Source: Auanema rhodensis
Lineage: Eukaryota; Animalia; Nematoda
Direction of reading: 5' to 3'
Assembly (NCBI GenBank): GCA_964057225.1
Contig: OZ059895.1
Location: forward strand, 7,006,001 to 7,070,000
Length of the DNA stretch: 64,000 nt
The position numbers and the translations under genes were made by a program. Below the pieces are notes generated by a model that was not told where the DNA came from, made no database searches, and was given only the letters and a program-made list of their open reading frames with translations. Position 1 is the first letter of the stretch. Every line of letters begins with the position of its first letter. Shown here one piece after another: positions 52,901-64,000 of the stretch.

Positions 52901-55900
52901 TTGACCCAAAATGTTCATTGTTGAGACAATCTCAGTCTAGAGTTTTGAAATTTCTTCTGAACAGGAATACGGTGCACGTGCCATTTGCCTTGGGGTATTC
53001 ATCTTCATCTTCGGTTTAATTACCCAAGTTTGAGGTACTTTGATGATTCAACAAGGGTTACACCTGATGTTGAACTAAATTTTGGAAAGCTCACTATATG
53101 TGAGCAACATTGATATTTCATCTTTCTGAAGATTCTGAAGCTTGTCTATCCCTTGACCGAAAATGTTCATTGTTCAGTCAATCACAGTCTAGAGTTTTGA
53201 ATGTTCTTCTGAACAGGAATACGGTGCACGTGCCATTTGCCTTGGGGTATTCATCTTCATCTTCGGTTTAATTACCCAAGTTTAAGGTACTTTGATGATT
53301 CAACAAGGGTTACACCTGATGTTGAACTAAATTTTGGAAAGCTGACTATATGTGAGCAACATTGATATTTCATCTTTCTGAAGATTCTGAAGCTTGTCTA
53401 TCTCTTGACCCAAAATGTTCATTGTTGAGACAATCTAAGTCTAGAGTTTTGAAATTTCTTCTGAACAGGAATACGGTGCACGTGCCATTTGCCTTGGGGT
53501 ATTCATCTTCATCTTCGGTTTAATTACCCAAGTTTGAGGTACTTTGATGATTCAACAAGGGTTACATCTGATGTTGAACTAAATTTTGGAAAGCTCACTA
53601 TATGTGAGCAACATTGATATTTCATCTTTCTGAAGATTCTGAAGCTTGTCTATCCCTTGACCGAAAATGTTCATTGTTCAGTCAATCACAGTCTAGAGTT
53701 TTGAATGTTCTTCTGAACAGGAATACGGTGCACGTGCCATTTGCCTTGGGGTATTCATCTTCATCTTCGGTTTAATTACCCAAGTTTGAGGTACTTTGAT
53801 GATTCAACAAGGGTTACATCTGATGTTGAACTAAATTTTGGAAAGCTCACTATATGTGAGCAACATTGATATTTCATCTTTCTGAAGATTCTGAAGCTTG
53901 TCTATCCCTTGACCCAAAATGTTCATTGTTGAGACAATCTCAGTCTAGAGTTTTGAATGTTTTTCTGAACAGGAATACGGTGCACGTGCCATTTGCCTTG
54001 GGGTATTCATCTTCATCTTTGGTTTAATTACCCAAGTTTGAGGTACTTTGATGATTCAACAAGGGTTACACCTGATGTTGAACTAAATTTTGGAAAGCTC
54101 ACTCTATGTGAGCAACATTGATATTTCATCTTTCTGAAGATTCTGAAGCTTGACTATCTCTTGACCGAAAATGTTCATTGTTCAGACAATCTCAGTCTAG
54201 AGTTTTGAATGTTCTTCTGAACAGGAATACGGTGCACGTGCCACTTGCCTTGGGTTATTCATCATCATATTTGGTTTAATTACCCAAGTTTGAGGTACTT
54301 TGATGATTCAACAAGGGTTACACCTGATGTTGAACTAAATTTTGGAAAGCTGACTATATGTGAGCAACATTGATATTTCATCTTTCTGAAGATTCTGAAG
54401 CTTGTCTATCCCTTGACCCAAAATGTTCATTGTTGAGACAATCTCAGTCTAGAGTTTTGAATGTTTTTCTGAACAGGAATACGGTGCACGTGCCATTTGC
54501 CTTGGGGTATTCATCTTCATCTTTGGTTTAATTACCCAAGTTTGAGGTACTTTGATGATTCAACAAGGGTTACACCTGATGTTGAACTAAATTTTGGAAA
54601 GCTCACTCTATGTGAGCAACATTGATATTTCATCTTTCTGAAGATTCTGAAGCTTGTCTATCTCTTGACCGAAAATGTTCATTGTTCAGACAATCTCAGT
54701 CTAGAGTTTTGAATGTTTTTCTGAACAGGAATACGGTGCACGTGCCATTTGCCTTGGGGTATTCATCTTCATCTTTGGTTTAATTACCCAAGTTTGAGGT
54801 ACTTTGATGATTCAACAAGGGTTACACCTGATGTTGAACTAAATTTTGGAAAGCTCACTCTATGTGAGCAACATTGATATTTCATCTTTCTGAAGATTCT
54901 GAAGCTTGTCTATCTCTTGACCGAAAATGTTCATTGTTCAGACAATCTCAGTCTAGAGTTTTGAATGTTTTTCTGAACAGGAATACGGTGCACGTGCCAT
55001 TTGCCTTGGGGTATTCATCTTCATCTTTGGTTTAATTACCCAAGTTTGAGGTACTTTGATGATTCAACAAGGGTTACACCTGATGTTGAACTAAATTTTG
55101 GAAAGCTCACTCTATGTGAGCAACATTGATATTTCATCTTTCTGAAGATTCTGAAGCTTGTCTATCTCTTGACCGAAAATGTTCATTGTTCAGACAATCT
55201 CAGTCTAGAGTTTTGAATGTTTTTCTGAACAGGAATACGGTGCACGTGCCACTTGCCTTGGGTTATTCATCATCATATTTGGTTTAATTACCCAAGTTTG
55301 AGGTACTTTGATGATTCAACAAGGGTTACACCTGATGTTGAACTAAATTTTGGAAAGCTCACTATATGTGAGCAACATTGATATTTCATCTTTCTGAAGA
55401 TTCTGAAGCTTGTCTATCTCTTGACCCAAATTGTTCATTGTTCAGACAATCTCAGTCTAGAATTTTGAATGTTCTTCTGAACAGGAATACGGTGCACGTG
55501 CCATTTGCCTTGGGGTGTTCATCTTCATCTTTGGTTTAATTACCCAAGTTTGAGGTACTTTGATGATTCAACAAGGGTTACACCTGATGTTGAACTAAAT
55601 TTTGGAAAGCTCACTATATGTGAGCAACATTGATATTTCATCTTTCTGAAGATTCTGAAGCTTGTCTATCTCTTGACCCAAATTGTTCATTGTTCAGACA
55701 ATCTCAGTCTAGAATTTTGAATGTTCTTCTGAACAGGAATACGGTGCACGTGCCATTTGCCTTGGGGTGTTCATCTTCATCTTTGGTTTAATTACCCAAG
55801 TTTGAGGTACTTTGATGATTCAACAAGGGTTACACCTGATGCTGAACTAAATTTTCGAAAGCTGACTATATGTGAGCAACATTGATATTTCATCTTTCTG

Positions 55901-58900
55901 AAGATTCTGAAGCTTGTCTATCTCTTGACCCAAAATGTTCATTGTTGAGACAATCTCAGTCTAGAGTTTTGAAATTTCTTCTGAACAGGAATACGGTGCA
56001 CGTGCCATTTGCCTTGGGGTATTCATCTTCATCTTCGGTTTAATTACCCAAGTTTGAGGTATTTTGATGATTCAACAAGGGTTACACCTGATGTTGAACT
56101 AAATTTTGGAAAGCTCACTATATGTGAGCAACATTGATATTTCATCTTTCTGAAGATTCTGAAGCTTGTCTATCCCTTGACCGAAAATGTTCATTGTTCA
56201 GTCAATCACAGTCTAGAGTTTTGAATGTTCTTCTGAACAGGAATACGGTGCACGTGCCATTTGCCTTGGGGTATTCATCTTCATCTTTGGTTTAATTACC
56301 CAAGTTTGAGGTACTTTGATGATTCAACAAGGGTTACACCTGATGTTGAACTAAATTTTGGAAAGCTCACTATATGTGAGCAACATTGATATTTCATCTT
56401 TCTGAAGATTCTGAAGCTTGTCTATCTCTTGACCGAAAATGTTCATTGTTCAGACAATCTCAGTCTAGAGTTTTGAATGTTCTTCTGAACAGGAATACGG
56501 TGCACTTGCCATTTGCCTTGGGGTATTCATCTTCATCTTCGGTTTAATTACCCAAGTTTGAGGTACTTTGATGATTCAACAAGGGTTACATCTGATGTTG
56601 AACTAAATTTTGGAAAGCTCACTATATGTGAGCAACATTGATATTTCATCTTTCTGAAGATTCTGAAGCTTGTCTATCCCTTGACCGAAAATGTTCATTG
56701 TTCAGTCAATCACAGTCTAGAGTTTTGAATGTTCTTCTGAACAGGAATACGGTGCACGTGCCATTTGCCTTGGGGTATTCATCTTCATCTTCGGTTTAAT
56801 TACCCAAGTTTGAGGTACTTTGATGATTCAACAAGGGTTACATCTGATGTTGAACTAAATTTTGGAAAGCTCACTATATGTGAGCAACATTGATATTTCA
56901 TCTTTCTGAAGATTCTGAAGCTTGTCTATCTCTTGACCCAAATTGTTCATTGTTCAGACAATCTCAGTCTAGAATTTTGAATGTTCTTCTGAACAGGAAT
57001 ACGGTGCACGTGCCATTTGCCTTGGGGTGTTCATCTTCATCTTTGGTTTAATTACCCAAGTTTGAGGTACTTTGATGATTCAACAAGGGTTACACCTGAT
57101 GTTGAACTAAATTTTGGAAAGCTCACTATATGTGAGCAACATTGATATTTCATCTTTCTGAAGATTCTGAAGCTTGTCTATCTCTTGACCCAAATTGTTC
57201 ATTGTTCAGACAATCTCAGTCTAGAATTTTGAATGTTTTTCTGAACAGGAATACGGTGCACGTGCCATTTGCCTTGGGGTATTCATCTTCATCTTTGGTT
57301 TAATTACCCAAGTTTGAGGTACTTTGATGATTCAACAAGGGTTACACCTGATGCTGAACTAAATTTTCGAAAGCTGACTATATGTGAGCAACATTGATAT
57401 TTCATCTTTCTGAAGATTCTGAAGCTTGACTATCTCTTGACCGAAAATGTTCATTGTTCAGACAATCTCAGTCTAGAGTTTTGAATGTTCTTCTGAACAG
57501 GAATACGGTGCACGTGCCACTTGCCTTGGGTTATTCATCATCATATTTGGTTTAATTACCCAAGTTTGAGGTACTTTGATGATTCAACAAGGGTTACACC
57601 TGATGTTGAACTAAATTTTGGAAAGCTCACTATATGTGAGCAACATTGATATTTCATCTTTCTGAAGATTCTGAAGCTTGTCTATCCCTTGACCGAAAAT
57701 GTTCATTGTTCAGTCAATCACAGTCTAGAGTTTTGAATGTTCTTCTGAACAGGAATACGGTGCACGTGCCATTTGCCTTGGGGTATTCATCTTCATCTTT
57801 GGTTTAATTACCCAAGTTTGAGGTACTTTGATGATTCAACAAGGGTTACACCTGATGTTGAACTAAATTTTGGAAAGCTCACTATATGTGAGCAACATTG
57901 ATATTTCATCTTTCTGAAGATTCTGAAGCTTGTCTATCTCTTGACCGAAAATGTTCATTGTTCAGACAATCTCAGTCTAGAGTTTTGAATGTTCTTCTGA
58001 ACAGGAATACGGTGCACTTGCCATTTGCCTTGGGGTATTCATCTTCATCTTCGGTTTAATTACCCGAGTTTGAGGTACTTTGATGATTCAACAAGGGTTA
58101 CATCTGATGTTGAACTAAATTTTGGAAAGCTCACTATATGTGAGCAACATTGATATTTCATCTTTCTGAAGATTCTGAAGCTTGTCTATCCCTTGACCGA
58201 AAATGTTCATTGTTCAGTCAATCACAGTCTAGAGTTTTGAATGTTCTTCTGAACAGGAATACGGTGCACGTGCCATTTGCCTTGGGGTATTCATCTTCAT
58301 CTTCGGTTTAATTACCCAAGTTTGAGGTACTTTGATGATTCAACAAGGGTTACACCTGATGTTGAACTAAATTTTGGAAAGCTGACTATATGTGAGCAAC
58401 ATTGATATTTCATCTTTCTGAAGATTCTGAAGCTTGTCTATCTCTTGACCCAAAATGTTCATTGTTGAGACAATCTCAGTCTAGAGTTTTGAAATTTCTT
58501 CTGAACAGGAATACGGTGCACGTGCCATTTGCCTTGGGGTATTCATCTTCATCTTCGGTTTAATTACCCAAGTTTGAGGTACTTTGATGATTCAACAAGG
58601 GTTACACCTGATGTTGAACTAAATTTTGGAAAGCTCACTATATGTGAGCAACATTGATATTTCATCTTTCTGAAGATTCTGAAGCTTGTCTATCTCTTGA
58701 CCCAAAATGTTCATTGTTGAGACAATCTCAGTCTAGAGTTTTGAAATTTCTTCTGAACAGGAATACGGTGCACGTGCCATTTGCCTTGGGGTATTCATCT
58801 TCATCTTCGGTTTAATTACCCAAGTTTGAGGTACTTTGATGATTCAACAAGGGTTACACCTGATGTTGAACTAAATTTTGGAAAGCTCACTATATGTGAG

Positions 58901-61900
58901 CAACATTGATATTTCATCTTTCTGAAGATTCTGAAGCTTGTCTATCCCTTGACCCAAAATGTTCATTGTTGAGACAATCTCAGTCTAGAGTTTTGAATGT
59001 TTTTCTGAACAGGAATACGGTGCACGTGCCATTTGCCTTGGGGTATTCATCTACATCTTTGGTTTAATTACCCAAGTTTGAGGTACTTTGATGATTCAAC
59101 AAGGGTTACACCTGATGTTGAACTAAATTTTGGAAAGCTCACTATATGTGAGCAACATTGATATTTCATCTTTCTGAAGATTCTGAAGCTTGTCTATCTC
59201 TTGACCCAAAATGTTCATTGTTCAGACAATCTCAGTCTAGAGTTTTGAATGTTCTTCTGAACAGGAATACGGTGCACTTGCCATTTGCCTTGGGGTATTC
59301 ATCTTCATCTTCGGTTTAATTACCCAAGTTTGAGGTACTTTGATGATTCAACAAGGGTTACATCTGATGTTGAACTAAATTTTGGAAAGCTCACTATATG
59401 TGAGCAACATTGATATTTCATCTTTCTGAAGATTCTGAAGCTTGTCTATCACTTGACCGAAAATGTTCATTGTTCAGTCAATCACAGTCTAGAGTTTTGA
59501 ATGTTCTTCTGAACAGGAATACGGTGCACGTGCCATTTGCCTTGGGGTATTCATCTTCATCTTCGGTTTAATTACCCAAGTTTGAGGTACTTTGATGATT
59601 CAACAAGGGTTACACCTGATGTTGAACTAAATTTTGGAAAGCTGACTATATGTGAGCAACATTGATATTTCATCTTTCTGAAGATTCTGAAGCTTGTCTA
59701 TCCCTTGACCCAAAATGTTCATTGTTGAGACAATCTCAGTCTAGAGTTTTGAAATTTCTTCTGAACAGGAATACGGTGCACGTGCCATTTGCCTTGGGGT
59801 ATTCATCTTCATCTTCGGTTTAATCACCCAAGTTTGAGGTATTTTGATGATTCAACAAGGGTTACACCTGATGTTGAACTAAATTTTGGAAAGCTCACTA
59901 TATGTGAGCAACATTGATATTTCATCTTTCTGAAGATTCTGAAGCTTGTCTATCCCTTGACCCAAAATGTTCATTGTTGAGACAATCTCAGTCTAGAGTT
60001 TTGAAATTTCTTCTGAACAGGAATACGGTGCACGTGCCATTTGCCTTGGGGTATTCATCTTCATCTTCGGTTTAATCACCCAAGTTTGAGGTATTTTGAT
60101 GATTCAACAAGGGTTACACCTGATGTTGAACTAAATTTTGGAAAGCTGACTATATGTGAGCAACATTGATATTTCATCTTTCTGAAGATTCTGAAGCTTG
60201 TCTATCTCTTGACCCAAAATGTTCATTGTTGAGACAATCTCAGTCTAGAGTTTTGAAATTTCTTCTGAACAGGAATACGGTGCACGTGCCATTTGCCTTG
60301 GGGTATTCATCTTCATCTTCGGTTTAATTACCCAAGTTTGAGGTACTTTGATGATTCAACAAGGGTTACACCTGATGTTGAACTAAATTTTGGAAAGCTC
60401 ACTATATGTGAGCAACATTGATATTTCATCTTTCTGAAGATTCTGAAGCTTGTCTATCCCTTGACCGAAAATGTTCATTGTTCAGTCAATCACAGTATAG
60501 AGTTTTGAATGTTCTTCTGAACAGGAATACGGTGCACGTGCCATTTGCCTTGGGGTATTCATCTTCATCTTTGGTTTAATTACCCAAGTTTGCGGTACTT
60601 TGATGATTCAACAAGGGTTACACCTGATGTTGAACTAAATTTTGGAAAGCTCACTATATGTGAGCAACATTGATATTTCATCTTTCTGAAGATTCTGAAG
60701 CTTGTCTATCCCTTGACCCAAAATGTTCATTGTTCAGTCTATCACAGTCTAGAGTTTTGAATGTTCTTCTGAACAGGAATACGGTGCACGTGCCATTTGC
60801 CTTGGGGTATTCATCTTCATCTTTGGTTTAATTACCCAAGTTTGAGGTACTTTGATGATTCAACAAGGGTTACACCTGATGTTGAACTAAATTTTGGAAA
60901 GCTCACTATATGTGAGCAACATTGATATTTCATCTTTCTGAAGATTCTGAAGCTTGTCTCTCCCTTGACCGAAAATGTTCATTGTTCAGTCAATCACAGT
61001 CTAGAGTTTTGAATGTTCTTCTGAACAGGAATACGGTGCACGTGCCATTTGCCTTGGGGTATTCATCTTCATCTTCGGTTTAATTACCCAAGTTTGAGGT
61101 ACTTTGATGATTCAACAAGGGTTACACCTGATGTTGAACTAAGTTTTGGAAAGCTCACTATATGTAAGCAACATTGATATTTCATCTTTCTGAAGATTCT
61201 GAAGCTTGTCTATCCCTTGACCGAAAATGTTCATTGTTCAGTCAATCACAGTCTAGAGTTTTCAATGTTCTTCTGAACAGGAATACGGTGCACGTGCCAT
61301 TTGCCTTGGGGTATTCATCTTCATCTTCGGTTTAATTACCCAAGTTTGAGGTACTTTGATGATTCAACAAGGGTTACACCTGATGTTGAACTAAATTTTG
61401 GAAAGCTGACTATATGTGAGCAACATTGATATTTCATCTTTCTGAAGATTCTGAAGCTTGTCTATCTCTTGACCCAAAATGTTCATTGTTGAGACAATCT
61501 CAGTCTAGAGTTTTGAAATTTCTTCTGAACAGGAATACGGTGCACGTGCCATTTGCCTTGGGGTATTCATCTTCATCTTCGGTTTAATTACCCAAGTTTG
61601 AGGTACTTTGATGATTCAACAAGGGTTACACCTGATGTTGAACTAAATTTTGGAAAGCTCACTATATGTGAGCAACATTGATATTTCATCTTTCTGAAGA
61701 TTCTGAAGCTTGTCTATCCCTTGACCCAAAATGTTCATTGTTGAGACAATCTCAGTCTAGAGTTTTGAAATTTCTTCTGAACAGGAATACGGTGCACGTG
61801 CCATTTGCCTTGGGGTATTCATCTTCATCTTTGGTTTAATTACCCAAGTTTGAGGTACTTTGATGATTCAACAAGGGTTACACCTGATGTTGAACTAAAT

Positions 61901-64000
61901 TTTGGAAAGCTGACTATATGTGAGCAACATTGATATTTCATCTTTCTGAAGATTCTGAAGCTTGTCTATCTCTTGACCCAAAATGTTCATTGTTGAGACA
62001 ATCTCAGTCTAGAGTTTTGAAATTTCTTCTGAACAGGAATACGGTGCACGTGCCATTTGCCTTGGGGTATTCATCTTCATCTTTGGTTTAATTACCCAAG
62101 TTTGAGGTACTTTGATGATTCAACAAGGGTTACACCTGATGTTGAACTAAATTTTGGAAAGCTCACTATATGTGAGCAACATTGATATTTCATCTTTCTG
62201 AAGATTCTGAAGCTTGTCTATCCCTTGACCGAAAATGTTCATTGTTCAGTCAATCACAGTCTAGAGTTTTGAATGTTCTTCTGAACAGGAATACGGTGCA
62301 CGTGCCATTTGCCTTGGGGTATTCATCTTCATCTTCGGTTTAATTACCCAAGTTTGAGGTACTTTGATGATTCAACAAGGGTTACACCTGATGTTGAACT
62401 AAGTTTTGGAAAGCTCACTATATGTAAGCAACATTGATATTTCATCTTTCTGAAGATTCTGAAGCTTGTCTATCCCTTGACCGAAAATGTTCATTGTTCA
62501 GTCAATCACAGTCTAGAGTTTTGAATGTTCTTCTGAACAGGAATACGGTGCACGTGCCATTTGCTTTGGGGTATTCATCTTCATCTTCGGTTTAATTACC
62601 CAAGTTTGAGGTACTTTGATGATTCAACAAGGGTTACACCTGATGTTGAACTAAATTTTGGAAAGCTGACTATATGTGAGCAACATTGATATTTCATCTT
62701 TCTGAAGATTCTGAAGCTTGTCTATCTCTTGACCCAAAATGTTCATTGTTGAGACAATCTCAGTCTAGAGTTTTGAAATTTCTTCTGAACAGGAATACGG
62801 TGCACGTGCCATTTGCCTTGGGGTATTCATCTTCATCTTCGGTTTAATTACCCAAGTTTGAGGTACTTTGATGATTCAACAAGGGTTACACCTGATGTTG
62901 AACTAAATTTTGGAAAGCTCACTATATGTGAGCAACATTGATATTTCATCTTTCTGAAGATTCTGAAGCTTGTCTATCTCTTGACCCAAAATGTTCATTG
63001 TTGAGACAATCTCAGTCTAGAGTTTTGAAATTTCTTCTGAACAGGAATACGGTGCACGTGCCATTTGCCTTGGGGTATTCATCTTCATCTTCGGTTTAAT
63101 TACCCAAGTTTGAGGTACTTTGATGATTCAACAAGGGTTACACCTGATGTTGAACTAAATTTTGGAAAGCTCACTATATGTGAGCAACATTGATATTTCA
63201 TCTTTCTGAAGATTCTGAAGCTTGTCTATCCCTTGACCCAAAATGTTCATTGTTGAGACAATCTCAGTCTAGAGTTTTGAATGTTTTTCTGAACAGGAAT
63301 ACGGTGCACGTGCCATTTGCCTTGGGGTATTCATCTTCATCTTTGGTTTAATTACCCAAGTTTGAGGTACTTTGATGATTCAACAAGGGTTACACCTGAT
63401 GTTGAACTAAATTTTGGAAAGCTCACTCTATGTGAGCAACATTGATATTTCATCTTTCTGAAGATTCTGAAGCTTGACTATCTCTTGACCGAAAATGTTC
63501 ATTGTTCAGACAATCTCAGTCTAGAGTTTTGAATGTTCTTCTGAACAGGAATACGGTGCACGTGCCACTTGCCTTGGGTTATTCATCATCATATTTGGTT
63601 TAATTACCCAAGTTTGAGGTACTTTGATGATTCAACAAGGGTTACACCTGATGTTGAACTAAATTTTGGAAAGCTCACTATATGTGAGCAACATTGATAT
63701 TTCATCTTTCTGAAGATTCTGAAGCTTGTCTATCCCTTGACCCAAAATGTTCATTGTTGAGACAATCTCAGTCTAGAGTTTTGAATGTTCTTCTGAACAG
63801 GAATACGGTGCACGTGCCACTTGCCTTGGGTTATTCATCATCATATTTGGTTTAATTACCCAAGTTTGAGGTACTTTGATGATTCAACAAGGGTTACACC
63901 TGATGTTGAACTAAATTTTGGAAAGCTCACTCTATGTGAGCAACATTGATATTTCATCTTTCTGAAGATTCTGAAGCTTGTCTATCTCTTGACCGAAAAT
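22909..64000. repeat. Tandem satellite array, 252-bp monomer, right arm (about 163 copies; continues beyond window end)
   Basis: Same monomer and orientation, resuming in exact register after the retroelement (next monomer start 23079). Starts fall at 23079+252k up to 40971. One 253-bp monomer follows, then starts fall at 41224+252k up to 63904. Confidence 0.99.

Noticed and set aside
1-64000. CRISPR-like array
   Set aside because: There are no unique spacers, the whole 252-bp unit is repeated, no cas genes are present, and the context is eukaryotic.

Overview
Eukaryotic repetitive DNA with two components. (1) A head-to-tail tandem satellite array with a 252-bp monomer (about 37% GC, about 222 copies) fills 1-14955 and 22909-64000 and runs off both window ends. 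It is non-coding in all six frames, rich in short dyad symmetries, and organised into variant sub-domains and higher-order repeats. (2) One intact, apparently very recent BEL/Pao (Belpaoviridae) LTR retrotransposon at 14956-22908 is inserted cleanly into one monomer. It has two 432-bp LTRs that look identical by eye, a 5-bp TSD (CTCTT), an 18-nt tRNA-Gly(GCC) primer-binding site and a single uninterrupted gag-PR-RT-RH-IN ORF. That ORF is fused in frame to an N-terminally truncated phlebovirus-Gc-like envelope domain, as in nematode Cer7/Cer13-like elements, so a nematode host is a likely inference. The most notable points are the truncated but in-frame class II fusogen-like tail, the young insertion into a homogenising satellite, recurrent satellite variants that perfect quasi-palindromes, and long-range exchange of monomer variants. 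All comparisons were made by eye; no searches were run.
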